Positions 46,930-57,900 of a stretch of 64,000 nucleotides of DNA are shown here, in pieces (position 1 is the first letter of the stretch; every line of letters starts with the position of its first letter). The position numbers and the translations under genes were made by a program. The notes under the pieces are model-generated. The model ran no database searches and was not told where the DNA came from. It saw only the letters and a program-made list of their open reading frames with translations. The DNA comes from Verrucomicrobiota bacterium (lineage in GTDB: Bacteria; Verrucomicrobiota; Verrucomicrobiia; Limisphaerales; AAA164-E04): the NCBI GenBank assembly GCA_047947115.1, contig CP170459.1:2720001-2784000 (forward strand). The letters are read 5' to 3'.

Positions 46930-47248
46930 CAATTGCAGTTGAACCAAGAAACAACCACAAAAGGTTTGGGAATCCGGACCCACAGCGCAGGGCGGAGCAA
47001 CCAAGCAAAACCGCCTCGACACCATGTTTCAATCTCAACCTGACCACTTCACCCACCCTCTTTAACATATGGGTGACCTGTTCAGGCTAAAAATTGAGAA
47101 GGTCCGAAAGAGTATCCTCCCTCAAGGATTCCCCCCTCATATTATAAATGCGTAAAAAAGGTCGGATCGGTGTCAGAAAAAATTAAAAAAAATTAATTTT
47201 CTCATTTTCACTCGTCATTCGAAGGCGGATCACTTAATTTTCAGACCT

Positions 47249-48395
47249 ATGTTTGAGCAGATTAAAGAAGAGTTAGTCGCTTTGAGAGAGAAACTTTCGC
47301 ATTTACGGAGGTTTCTTTGACGAGGATCGATTAAAAAAACGCCTTACTGAGCTTGAAGCTCAGATGAGTCGCGAAGATTTCTGGAATGACCGGGATGCGG
47401 CTCAAAAACTCATGGACGAAGCCAGCTCCATCCGGAGAAAGCTGGACCCTCTCAGGACAGGTGCCAGCAAACTGGATGATGTCGAGGTCATGCTGGAACT
47501 CGGAGAGGAGGAGCCGGAGGAGATTCAGGAGACCATCGAGACCGATCTGAAAAAGGATTTGCAGTTGTTTCGTAAAGACTTTGAAGCATTGGAGTTGAGT
47601 TCGTTTCTCAACGGTCCTCACGATGCCAACAACTGCATTCTCAGTATCAATGCGGGCGCAGGTGGAACCGAATCCTGTGATTGGGCGGACATGATGATGC
47701 GCATGTATCAGCGCTGGGCCGAGGAACGTGGTTGGAAAGTCGAGGTAACCGATTTGCTGGAAGGCGATTCGGCGGGAATCAAGAGTGTGGTGATGTTGGT
47801 TACCGGAGATAATGCCTACGGATTCTGCAAAGCTGAACGAGGCGTGCACCGGCTCGTGCGCATTTCTCCATTTGATTCCAACAAACGCAGGCACACCAGT
47901 TTTGCGAGTGTGGATGTGATTGCTGAAATCGCTGAAGCCGAACAGGAAGAACTTCCTCCCACTGAGTTTCGTGTTGATACGTTCCGTTCTGGCGGCAAGG
48001 GGGGGCAGAACGTTAACAAGGTGGAAACCGCGGTTCGAATCACTCATATCCCAACCGGTATTTCCGTTGCCAGCCAAGCCCAACGATCTCAGCACCAAAA
48101 CAGAGCCACTGCTATGAACTTGTTGTTGTCCAGGATTTTTGCTCTGAAACAGGATCAGCAGAAAAAGGATATGGAGCGATTTTACGGTGAAAAAGGCAGT
48201 GTTTCCTGGGGGAATCAGATTCGCAGTTATGTGTTTCAGCCCTACCGCATGGTCAAGGATTTACGAACTGGCATCGAAACCAGTGATGTCCAGGGGGTCA
48301 TGGACGGTGATTTGGACGATTTCGTCAATGGCTGGTTGCGCGCAGGGTGCCCCGTCAAGAAAATTGCCGGCGGCAGCGAGGAGGGGGATGCATGA
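47249..48395 (+). CDS. prfB: Peptide chain release factor 2 (programmed +1 frameshift)
   Basis: ATG 47249 runs to CTT TGA C at 47315-47321; the +1 frame carries the SPF and GGQ motifs. Confidence 0.97.
47306..47321 (+). promoter_or_regulatory. prfB autoregulatory frameshift site
   Basis: Internal SD-like CGGAGG, then TTT, then CTT TGA C. Confidence 0.93.
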
Positions 48396-49192
48396 CCATT
48401 CTTGATAAAATCGTAGAGACCAAGAAAAAGGAAGTCAGCCTTTTGCCTTCGGTTTGCGCCGCAGTCGGAGATGTTGCGGCCAAAGCTCAACAACGGGGCG
48501 TAAGAAACTTCTTAGAAGCCCTGCGCAAACCCCGGAGAGGCGATGTTGCACTGATAGCGGAGGTCAAGAAGGCGTCCCCGTCCAAAGGCGTGATTTGTCC
48601 CGATTTCGATCCGGTTCAAGTTGCCAGGGCCTATCAATCCGCGGGCGCGACCTGTTTGTCCGTGTTGACTGATACGGATTATTTTCAGGGTTCGCTGGAT
48701 TACTTGAAGCAGGTGAGGGAAGTGGTTGATTTGCCGCTGCTTCGAAAGGATTTTATGATCGACGCGCGTCAGATTGAAGAGGCGGTTGATTATGGCGCTG
48801 ACGCCATTTTGTTGATTGCCGCCATTCTGGAGGATGATCAACTGGCGTCTCTGCATCAATTTGCCGTGGACGCCGGATTGACTGCATTGGTTGAAGTGCA
48901 TGACGAAGAGGAACTGCGGCGTGTGATGGATGTTGGGGCCGTGCTGGTGGGGGTTAATAATCGGAATTTAAAGGACTTTTCAGTCGATTTGGACACAACA
49001 CATCGACTTGCTTCAATCTGGCAGCAGTCCGGACGGCCTGATGGCGCTCTGTTGGTTGCCGAAAGCGGGATCTACACTCGAGACGACGTCCGGACGGTTA
49101 CCAAAGGAGGGGCCGGTGCCATTTTGGTTGGAGAATCATTGATGCGCGAAACTTCCTTGATCAGTCAGAAAGTGGAAGAATTGTTGGGATAA
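48392..49192 (+). CDS. trpC: Indole-3-glycerol phosphate synthase
   Basis: IAEVKKASPSKG, SVLTD, LRKDF, GVNNRNL, VAESGI and LVGESLM motifs; ATGA overlap with prfB. Confidence 0.96.
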   Translation: MTILDKIVETKKKEVSLLPSVCAAVGDVAAKAQQRGVRNFLEALRKPRRGDVALIAEVKKASPSKGVICPDFDPVQVARAYQSAGATCLSVLTDTDYFQGSLDYLKQVREVVDLPLLRKDFMIDARQIEEAVDYGADAILLIAAILEDDQLASLHQFAVDAGLTALVEVHDEEELRRVMDVGAVLVGVNNRNLKDFSVDLDTTHRLASIWQQSGRPDGALLVAESGIYTRDDVRTVTKGGAGAILVGESLMRETSLISQKVEELLG

Positions 49193-49243
49193 AGTTTATT
49201 GAGTTACCTGGGATATATTCCTTAAGATGGTCAGGTCTACCTT

Positions 49244-50527
49244 ATGAAATTAGAAACACTATGTTTACATGGCGGGCATACGCCCGATATCGCATCCAAT
49301 GCTCGTGCCGTTCCTGTTTATCGGACCAGCTCCTTTGTTTTCAGGGATACCGAGCATGCTGCCAATCTATTCGCTCTGAAAGAGCTCGGGAACATTTACT
49401 CCCGAATCATGAATCCGACGCAGGATGTGTTGGAACAGCGGGTTGCGGCGCTGGATAATGGAGCAGCTGCTCTTGCGCTTTCATCCGGAACGAGTGCCAT
49501 TTTTTACACCATTATCAATCTTTGTCAGGCCGGGGATGAGATTGTATCGGCCAATAATCTGTATGGCGGCACCTTTACGCAGTTCAACGACATCCTGCCC
49601 CAGTTCAATATCAAGACCAACTTTGTTGATTCCAACGACCCGGAGAATTTCGCCAAGGCGATTACTCCTAAGACCAAGCTGCTTTTTTGTGAAACAGTGA
49701 GTAATCCCGGATTGGATGTTGCCGACATCGAGGCCATTGCCAAGATCGCCCACGATCATGGTCTGCCTCTGGTGGTGGATTCCACTTTTTCAACACCTTA
49801 CCTCGAACGTCCCATCGATCATGGTGCCGATATCGTGATTCATTCCCTGACCAAATGGCTGGGCGGACACGGAACGGGGATTGGCGGCATTGTTGTGGAT
49901 TCTGGTAAATTTGATTGGAAGTCGGACAAATTCCCCCTGATGAATGAGCCCGAGTCCAGCTATCATGGCGTCCGATGGGCGCATGATTTGGGAGATCTGA
50001 GCCCGATTGCTTTCATTCTTCGCATGCGGGTGGTTCCCTTGCGGAATCTGGGCGCCTGCATCACTCCCGATAATGCCTGGATGTTCCTGCAGGGAATCGA
50101 AACACTGCCCCTGAGAATGGACCGCCATTGTGATAACGCATTGGCTTTGGCGAAACACCTTCAATCCCATCCCGGTGTGGACTGGGTGCGTTATCCTTCA
50201 CTTGACGGTGATAAGAATAAGGCGCTGGCCGATAAATACCTGGGTGGCAAGGGTGGTTCCATGGTGGTGTTCGGAATCAAAGGTGGCGCAAAGGCTGGAA
50301 GCAAGTTCATCGAAAACCTGAAACTGTTTTCGCACCTTGCCAATGTGGGCGATGCCAAGAGTCTTGCCATCCATCCTGCCACGACAACCCATTCCCAGTT
50401 GTCTGCCGAAGCGCAGCAGGCCGGCGGGATTGCACCTGAATTGATCCGTTTGTCCGTCGGGTTGGAGCACATTGATGACATTATCGCCGATGTCGACCAA
50501 GCCATCGAGTCTTCCGTCGGGGCTTGA
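49244..50527 (+). CDS. metY: O-acetylhomoserine aminocarboxypropyltransferase (sulfhydrylase)
   Basis: YSRIMNPT, HSLTKWLGGHG (PLP Lys) and HLANVGDAKSLAIHPATTTHSQL motifs. Confidence 0.95.
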   Translation: MKLETLCLHGGHTPDIASNARAVPVYRTSSFVFRDTEHAANLFALKELGNIYSRIMNPTQDVLEQRVAALDNGAAALALSSGTSAIFYTIINLCQAGDEIVSANNLYGGTFTQFNDILPQFNIKTNFVDSNDPENFAKAITPKTKLLFCETVSNPGLDVADIEAIAKIAHDHGLPLVVDSTFSTPYLERPIDHGADIVIHSLTKWLGGHGTGIGGIVVDSGKFDWKSDKFPLMNEPESSYHGVRWAHDLGDLSPIAFILRMRVVPLRNLGACITPDNAWMFLQGIETLPLRMDRHCDNALALAKHLQSHPGVDWVRYPSLDGDKNKALADKYLGGKGGSMVVFGIKGGAKAGSKFIENLKLFSHLANVGDAKSLAIHPATTTHSQLSAEAQQAGGIAPELIRLSVGLEHIDDIIADVDQAIESSVGA

Positions 50528-50553
50528 CGCGCGGCTCTTGTTTTTTAAGGCAG

Positions 50554-50659
50554 GGCACCCCTTGGCGATTGGTCCTCGGGGTGCCGTTGCTTTTGGTTCT
50601 TGAAATAGGTTGGACACTACCGACAGGCCCGAAAGGATGGCGCCTGACGGATACAACTA
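50554..50659 (+). other. Structured intergenic element between metY and metX (hairpin plus long GAAA-capped stem-loop)
   Basis: GGCACCCC/GGGGTGCC stem, then TAGGTTG..CCG.CAGGC.CC-GAAA-GG..GCCTG.CGG..CAACTA. Confidence 0.4.
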
Positions 50660-50686
50660 ACAGCTTTGTCTTGCTCATTTTCCGGT

Positions 50687-51844
50687 ATGGATCAGATGGA
50701 AACACATTTCATTCAAGTCGGCACAGAGGATCATCCTTTGGAACTCTATCATGGTGGAGGGTTGAAGGATGTCCACGTGGCTTACGAGACTTTTGGACGC
50801 CTCAACGAAGCGCGAGACAATGCCATCCTGCTCTTTCACGCCCTTTCCGGAAGCCAGCATGCCTCGGGTCTGAATCACCAGGTGGACGCAGCCGGTCCGG
50901 ATGGGCGTTATTGGACCGATGATTGTCATGAAGGATGGTGGTCTGATTTCATCGGGCCGGGAAAAGCGTTGAACACCGACCGTTTCTTTGTGGTCTGTGC
51001 CAACTATCTGGGGGGATGCTACGGCACCACGGGGCCTTCCTCTCTGAATCGTTCCACCGGTAAACCCTATGGTTCTCTGTTTCCGAGTATTGCCATTCGG
51101 GATATCGTCGATTCCCAGGCCCGTTTATTGGACGGCTTGGGTATCGAATGTCTGCATGCGGTGGTGGGGGGGTCCATGGGGGGGATGGCGTGTTTGAGTT
51201 TTGCAACCCGGTACCCGGATCGGGTGCGGGTGGTCATTCCGATGGCGACCAGTCTGTATGCAACGACCCTGCACCGCATTCACAATTTTGAGCAGATCTA
51301 TGCAATTGAGGCGGATCCGTTTTTTAACGGGGGCGATTACTATGAAGGGGAATATCCGGAGCAGGGCCTTGCCCTGGCCAGGATGATTGCTCACAAGACC
51401 TATGTTTCCCTGCACACCATGGAGGACCGCGCGCGTGATGAAATCATACAGCCATCCAGCGGGTTCAAACAATATCGGTTCAGTCACCCCATCGAATCCT
51501 ACTTGCTTCATCAGGGTACCAAATTCGTACGTCGATTTGATGCCAACACATATGTGCGGCTGTGCGAAGCCTGGTTGCGGTTTGATTTACTGAAGGAAGC
51601 AGGGAAGGAGGATTTTGAATCCTTGCTGGAACCTTGTGCCCATCAAAAATACATGATCTTCAGTGTGGATTCCGATGTTTGTTTTTATCCGGAAGATCAG
51701 GTTCAGATGGCTCGCATCCTCAAGCAAAGCGGCATCGACTGCCGACACATCACCATTCACTCCGAAAAAGGTCACGATGCGTTTCTGTTGGAGCCGGCTT
51801 TGTTGGAACCTCACTTGAGGCACTCCTTGGAAAATCCGTGGTGA
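50687..51844 (+). CDS. metX: Homoserine O-acyl(acetyl)transferase
   Basis: HALSG, GWW..IGPGK, GGSMGG (nucleophile Ser), RFDAN and GHDAFL motifs. Confidence 0.94.
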   Translation: MDQMETHFIQVGTEDHPLELYHGGGLKDVHVAYETFGRLNEARDNAILLFHALSGSQHASGLNHQVDAAGPDGRYWTDDCHEGWWSDFIGPGKALNTDRFFVVCANYLGGCYGTTGPSSLNRSTGKPYGSLFPSIAIRDIVDSQARLLDGLGIECLHAVVGGSMGGMACLSFATRYPDRVRVVIPMATSLYATTLHRIHNFEQIYAIEADPFFNGGDYYEGEYPEQGLALARMIAHKTYVSLHTMEDRARDEIIQPSSGFKQYRFSHPIESYLLHQGTKFVRRFDANTYVRLCEAWLRFDLLKEAGKEDFESLLEPCAHQKYMIFSVDSDVCFYPEDQVQMARILKQSGIDCRHITIHSEKGHDAFLLEPALLEPHLRHSLENPW

Positions 51845-52006
51845 GCACCTTGGATTGATAGTGGCTGCCATTGGAAATATCAAAAAAACTCGGCGTCACT
51901 GCGGCGCTATTTCCGATGCATCAGAACGGGGCTGAGAATCGGATAGCCTGGCAAATCCGGTTCGGTAAACACTTTTGGCAATCGGAATAAATCCCTTTGG
52001 GCAAAT

Positions 52007-52042
52007 AAAAACCGGCGGGGACGCATCCCCGCCGGTTAGTTT
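52007..52042. terminator. Bidirectional intrinsic terminator
   Basis: AACCGGCGGGGA-CGCA-TCCCCGCCGGTT flanked by A and T tracts, between convergent genes. Confidence 0.8.
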
Positions 52043-52066
52043 GGACCAACGATTAGCAACTCAGGA

Positions 52067-52930
52067 CTAGAAGCTGATAATCAAATCGACGGTGTAACGA
52101 TCATCAAAGATGCCGTCGTTACTGCTGAGGCTGTTTTCATAGGCGAACCCGAGATCAAGGTTCTTGTGCAGTTTGGAACGGAAACCAAAGCCCAAGGTGC
52201 TGTAGGTGTCGCCATCCGCCGCTGCGGAACCGAAATTGATCAAATCGTAACCTTCCACAGGAATACCGCCCGTGCCTCCGGACAACACTGTGAAGGAGTT
52301 GAATGCAACGAACGGAATGAACCATTTACAGGTATAGTAGTCGACTTGAGCGCTCCAGTGGAGGAAGGATGATTCGTCATCACCGTCGTTAGGGATGCGC
52401 AGTCCGACGCTGCCTGTCAGGTGAAGGTTGTCGGATCCTTTTACGGCGGTCACAAAAGCGTTCCACTCGCCGTTACCGTTGTTTTGGAATACGTCTGCCG
52501 AACCGGTCGGGATTTCCAGTTTGAGACCGGGGGTGACCAGTAACTGATTTTCTTCATCATCCACCACGGCGTATTTCAGACCGAAAGCAATATCAGCCCA
52601 GCCGCTGCCGGAGATGCCTGCTGCGGGCATGTCAAGATCGACGTAGCCATCCTTGGTTGCGATGATGGCCAACCTGTCATTGACAGCCCATCTCGCCTGG
52701 ACGGCATAAACATTGGCATCACCGCCACCGAGGAACGAGGTGGGTAATTCATGGTGGATGAAAATGGGACGAATTTCTGTGTTGATTTGTGCAGCCTCGA
52801 AAAACAGAGGATTTGTCACAGGGGCGATGGACTTGTCTTTCCAAGACTCGCCTTGCATTACGTTGGATTGTGAGAGAACCAAAGCCACGGTTCCAGCCAT
52901 TAGTAACTTGCATGGGTTATTCATACGCAA
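52067..52930 (-). CDS. Hypothetical exported protein, probable outer-membrane beta-barrel
   Basis: Signal peptide, PVTNP motif, amphipathic strands and C-terminal Phe (VDLIISF). Confidence 0.7.
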   Translation of the reverse strand: MRMNNPCKLLMAGTVALVLSQSNVMQGESWKDKSIAPVTNPLFFEAAQINTEIRPIFIHHELPTSFLGGGDANVYAVQARWAVNDRLAIIATKDGYVDLDMPAAGISGSGWADIAFGLKYAVVDDEENQLLVTPGLKLEIPTGSADVFQNNGNGEWNAFVTAVKGSDNLHLTGSVGLRIPNDGDDESSFLHWSAQVDYYTCKWFIPFVAFNSFTVLSGGTGGIPVEGYDLINFGSAAADGDTYSTLGFGFRSKLHKNLDLGFAYENSLSSNDGIFDDRYTVDLIISF

Positions 52931-53056
52931 GTCATCTTAGCCCCTTTCAACTATTGCACCTCACCTGTGTTGCCCTTTTTATTACCGATTTTGTGGTGGG
53001 TTTCCCCAATAATGGGGCGGGAATCAATGTCTGTGTCCCGTCATGCTTTTGTCGAA

Positions 53057-53953
53057 CTATTCGGTGAGTCTGCGGTAGGCTTCCAGGTATTTGTTCTGGG
53101 TCTTGCTGACGATTTCAGCCGGGAGTGCCGGAGCAGGTGGAGTTTTGTCCCAGTCCAGGCTTTCAAGGTAATCACGCACGAACTGTTTGTCGAAACTTGG
53201 TTGAGCTTGTCCCGGTTGATAGGCGTCTGCAGGCCAGAATCGGGAGGAATCCGGTGTCAATACTTCATCAATAAGCAATAGGGTATCGTCCAGATAACCG
53301 AATTCAAATTTGGTGTCGGCAATGATGATTCCTTTTTCACGCGCGAAGGCTCTTGCCTGTTTGTAGATTTCCAGACTCAGGGTGCGCACTTTTTTCGCCG
53401 TTTCCAACCCGACAATCCGGGCGGCCTGTTCGAATGAAATGTTTTCGTCGTGGCCTGTTTCCGCTTTGGTGGCGGGAGTGAAGATAGGCTCAGGGAGTTC
53501 GGAAGATTCCTTCAGCCCGTTGGGCAGCCGGATGCCGCACACCGTCTGGTTTGCCTGATATTCCTTCCAACCCGATCCGGCAAGGTATCCCCGAACCACG
53601 CATTCGATTGCCAACGGTTTTGCTTTTTTAACGATCATGCTCCGCCCATTCACCTGTTCAGCGAAGGGTTGAAGTGCTGCTGGAAGCGGTTCATGACCGC
53701 CCAAGGCGCGGTGGTTGGGGACCAGTGCACTCATTTGATCAAACCAGAAGTGGGAAATTTGCGTCAGGATTTCGCCTTTGCCGGGAATTCCGTTGGGCAT
53801 GATGCAGTCAAAGGCGGAGATGCGATCGGTCGCCACAAAAAGAAACGTGTCTCCCAGGTCAAAAATTTCACGGACTTTGCCTGATTTTACATGTTGGATG
53901 CCTGGAAGGTTCAATTGCAGCAGTGCCGGGCGATGGATGTTTTGCAAGGACAT
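53057..53953 (-). CDS. purC: Phosphoribosylaminoimidazole-succinocarboxamide synthase
   Basis: [39 protein letters not shown] and DKQFVRD motifs. Confidence 0.97.
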   Translation of the reverse strand: MSLQNIHRPALLQLNLPGIQHVKSGKVREIFDLGDTFLFVATDRISAFDCIMPNGIPGKGEILTQISHFWFDQMSALVPNHRALGGHEPLPAALQPFAEQVNGRSMIVKKAKPLAIECVVRGYLAGSGWKEYQANQTVCGIRLPNGLKESSELPEPIFTPATKAETGHDENISFEQAARIVGLETAKKVRTLSLEIYKQARAFAREKGIIIADTKFEFGYLDDTLLLIDEVLTPDSSRFWPADAYQPGQAQPSFDKQFVRDYLESLDWDKTPPAPALPAEIVSKTQNKYLEAYRRLTE

Positions 53954-53971
53954 GTTCTGAGAATTAAGTCA

Positions 53972-54640
53972 TCAAGGGTTGTTACGAATTTTTATCAAAG
54001 TATCCGAATATTGACGTGCCAAAGAGGTGAGTGTGGACCAATCATCCTGTTCCATGATGGAGCGCGTCAGCAGAGAAGAACCTACTCCGAGTGCGACACA
54101 TCCTGCTTTCAGGAACGCTTCCATTGTTTCAAGATTCACCCCACCCGTCGGGACGATGGGCAAATGGGGCAGGGGAGCACGCAGTGCTTTGATGTAGTTG
54201 GGTCCCAGTCCGTCAGCGGGGAAGATTTTGACCATGTCGGCACCCGCCTCATAGGCCGTCTGCGCTTCGGTCGGGGTGTAGGCTCCCACCATGATGGGAC
54301 GATTGGCTGCGTGTGCCGTGGGGATCAGCTCAGTACGGGTGATCGGAGTGACCACAAACTGTGCACCGGCATCGAGAGCGGCCCTGCATTGATCGGGCTG
54401 AATGACCGTGCCCACCCCTACAATGGCTTCATCTCCAAAAGCATTTATGACGTCCGCGATGGCTTTCGGGGCATTGGGGGTTGAAAAAGTGATTTCAATG
54501 GCACGAATACCTCCATCGAGCAAAGCGCGAGAAATCGGCAAGGCCTGCTCCGTGCTCCTGGCCCTTACCACGGCGATCAAACCGGCCGATTTGAGGGACT
54601 CAACAATTTGATTTCTGGGTGATATGGGATTTTCGGTCAT
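53972..54640 (-). CDS. eda: KDPG/KHG aldolase
   Basis: IAVVR, IEIT, GVGTV, TPTE, KIFP and PTGGV motifs. Confidence 0.92.
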   Translation of the reverse strand: MTENPISPRNQIVESLKSAGLIAVVRARSTEQALPISRALLDGGIRAIEITFSTPNAPKAIADVINAFGDEAIVGVGTVIQPDQCRAALDAGAQFVVTPITRTELIPTAHAANRPIMVGAYTPTEAQTAYEAGADMVKIFPADGLGPNYIKALRAPLPHLPIVPTGGVNLETMEAFLKAGCVALGVGSSLLTRSIMEQDDWSTLTSLARQYSDTLIKIRNNP

Positions 54641-54718
54641 AGAGACGTGCGGGATGTTACCGTTCCGGACCTTTCAAGGCGACACAAATGGTATTCAAAA
54701 AAAAAATCAAATCAGCTC

Positions 54719-54747
54719 TTGAAATGCTCCAAAAGGCCACTTATAAA
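54719..54747 (+). promoter_or_regulatory. Sigma70-type promoter of tRNA-Gly
   Basis: TTGAAA-N17-TATAAA, 20 nt upstream of the tRNA. Confidence 0.6.
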
Positions 54748-54767
54748 GTTCTCACTCTTTTACGAGA

Positions 54768-54843
54768 GCGAGTGTAGCTCAGTTGGTAGAGCGCAACCTT
54801 GCCAAGGTTGATGTCGAGAGTTCGAATCTCTTCACTCGCTCCA
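54768..54843 (+). tRNA. tRNA-Gly(GCC)
   Basis: 76-nt cloverleaf, acceptor stem GCGAGTG/CACTCGC, anticodon GCC at 54801-54803, TTCGAAT T-loop, encoded CCA. Confidence 0.98.
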
Positions 54844-54949
54844 TTTTTTTGTACTCATACCTTTTCTCCCGCCCATCGAGGGGTGTTTTCTTATTGACTA
54901 TAAGTGACCATAGAACACTATTTCCTTTGTAAGTCGATGAGAACCAACT

Positions 54950-57900
54950 TTGAAAATGGTGCGTAATACGATTTTTTACATCCTGTATATTCAGTTGTTC
55001 CTTTTGTTGACAGGTCAAGCTGGGGAATCTTCGCGGATCCTATCGGCATTCCTGACTGTCGGAGGTGGATTGCAAATGGAGTTCGAGGCCAGAGATGGAG
55101 ATTATTATACTCTTTATCACGGACATCATCCCCATGACATCTGCGTTCCACTTCAAATGGCTCTGCCGGAGGGGAGTAGTGGTCGCTTTTTGGTTGATCC
55201 GGAAATACTTTCGAACGCAGAACAGCATTTCTTTGTTTTGAGGTCTGCCTCCATGTCCGATCCTAGGGATACTGATATGGACGGCATTGATGATCTGTTC
55301 GAATGGTTCACTCCCCGCCTGAACCCGCTGGATGCTTCGGACGCCGCACAGGACTGGGATCATGATGGGGCAACCAATGTGGAGGAGTATGTCATGGGAA
55401 CCCAGTTGTCTGTTGCGGATGTCTTTCATCTGACATCTTTGATGGATGATTTGTTGGTTGAAAGGGTTCATGAAGATATTGTAATTCCCATTCGGGCTGC
55501 GTATGCCGACGGGCGTCCCGCGTCCTCTCAATGGGTGACTCTTGAAACGAGGCTTGGGGATGAGTTGACCCGGAAGGAAAAGTTCCTGACCAATGAAGAC
55601 GGGTGGATTCGACCAGTGATCACAGTCGCTCTGGGCACATTGAGAGTTACCTTTACCAGCGAACATTCTCCTAGGCCACTTGAACACTTGATTGCAAGCG
55701 CCCGGATGGAGGTCGTGGGGGATCAAGTGAAGCAGATGCCTGTTGGATCGGAAACTCGTTTTGAATTTCGTATTCTTGGAGATTTGCCGTTGGAAAAAAT
55801 GAAACGGCATCCCTTTCAGATCACAGCCCAACATGTCTCAGGTGATTATTTGCCTGTGACTGCCAGTAGTATCGATGGTTTTGGTGTTGCCAAATTAATG
55901 ACACCCGAGGGGGGCACGCGTGTTCATATTGCATCCCCTTTGTTTCCGGGGCAGGATCTTTTTGTTGAAGTGGAAGGTTTGGTATTTGCCGCGCACAAAT
56001 TGGAGTTTCCAGAACCTTCACCTTCAGATGGGCAAACGACCTGGGTGAAGCAAAATCAATGGAAACAGTTTTCTGTTCAGGCAAAAAATGAAGCAGGTCA
56101 ACCTCAACCAGGAGTTCCCGTCTCCTTCAGGATTCTTGAAGGAGTAGCGCGTTTTGGTCCTGACAAGGCGTTTACCGATCAAAACGGTGTTGCAAAAGTA
56201 TCCGTCCTGCCGATGGGGCCGGGTATTCTGTCCTTGGAGGTGACAAGTGGAGCGGTGCAACCTGCAGTGAAATCAGTCGCAACCAGGCCCATCACATACG
56301 AGCAGGATGTTCGTCCGGTTTTTGCCAAGTGTGTTGTCTGTCATGATGCGAATCATGGGTTACCCTTTGAAACGTACGAGCAGGTTCGCCATGGTGTGAG
56401 CCCGTGGACACAAAAGCCCGTGGTCAATGCTACTCAACCCGACTTGAGTCCGTTGATATATCTGACGGAACCGCCCTATGGAGCGATGTATCAGAATGCC
56501 CTGTGGGCAAATCCAGATGATCCCCTGACTGAAAACGATGCAGCACTACTAGGAGACTGGGTGCGTTCAGGTGCATTGAGATCGTTTGATCTGCCAGGTG
56601 CGCCTGAAGAGATACAGTTTGTATCTTTCCTAGACCAATTGGGCGTGCCTGAAACTCGATTTCCGGTTTCATTGACATTCAGGGTGTTGGATGGGCGTTC
56701 CCGGCCGGTTCCTCTGGCCGATGCTGTCGTTTCGAGTAACGTGTCAGGGGACATTCTCAAGACAAGTGGTAAAACAGATTTTGATGGAAAAGTGCATTTG
56801 ACTCTTGAGTTCGATCAGGATTCTCGAGATCGAAGAATCTTGATTCAGGTTCCCGAGAGCCCGGCAATGAAGACGTTGTCATTACCTATGAATCCAAGTT
56901 ATGATGCCGGATTTCTGGGAAGTTCAACCAGTCCCGTGGATCAGGCGTTGGCGGGAGTTTTGAAGGCGCACAATCTGTCACCAGCTCAACGCACCTCCAA
57001 AAGTGAGTTCCTCAGGCGGATTGTAGCTGATGCGACAGGGCGTCATCCTGACTTGAATGATCCGCTGATTGGGCCGGTCATTGCCGAGTATATCTCGGTT
57101 GATTCCGATACAAAGGAAGATCGAATGCGACTGATCGAAAACTTGGTGGACAGTGAGTTGTTCCTTGATCATTGGATAGGAGAGAGAATATCCACCTGGA
57201 TTGAAGTGCCTGCCGAAGCCGATCCGCGGCACGGATCCCCCAAGTTTGATGCACCGGTGAAAGCTTTATTGCAACAAAACGATTCACTTGGAGATTTGGT
57301 AGCGACCTTGGGTTTGCTTGGCGGCAATGGGCCGAGTTGGGAGTCAGTTCCATTTTCAGAAGCCGGTTTTGCCATTACCTCCACGCATGATGTCATGGAA
57401 TTTGGAAGGAATAGTCTGGATCAGTTATTGGGGGCGTTCACAGGTCAGAGCATTGCCTGTGCTCGTTGTCATGATCATAAATTGACGGGCCCAGAGGACG
57501 AAGTGACATGGACCCAGGAGCAAGCGCATGATGTCTACGCATTCTCAGTGTTGAACATTGCCGGACTGGACATGATTCAGATCGATGGCAGCATCAAGAA
57601 GCACGAAGTCGAGTTTCCGGTGTGGTGGGGTAGTGGGGATGAATTGCCTTATCGCTCGGAGATTGCTCTTGCGTCACCTGGCGGTGAATGGATCGCTAAT
57701 CAGATCCGGCATAGAGCGGAACTTTGGAGCTGGATCGTAAAAAGCCCCCTCTTTTCACGCGCTGTTTCGCATCGTCTTTGGGCGGAACTTTGGGCACCGA
57801 TGGTGGATCCTGTTGATATTCGAAACAGTACATTGGAACCTCTGAGGAAAAACGGTTTGATTGAAGTCATGCAGGCTTTGCAGGATCAATTCCTAGCGGA

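Noticed and set aside
47331..48098. 255-aa antisense ORF
   Set aside because: Shadow of prfB.
47364..48395. prfB as a truncated gene or pseudogene
   Set aside because: Explained by the canonical programmed frameshift.
50620..50650. SRP (4.5S) RNA, suggested by CAGGCCCGAAAGG
   Set aside because: The conserved AGCAG half of the helix-8 loop is absent.
54779..55018. 79-aa ORF ending ERVKRFELSTSTLARLRSTN
   Set aside because: It is the antisense translation of tRNA-Gly.
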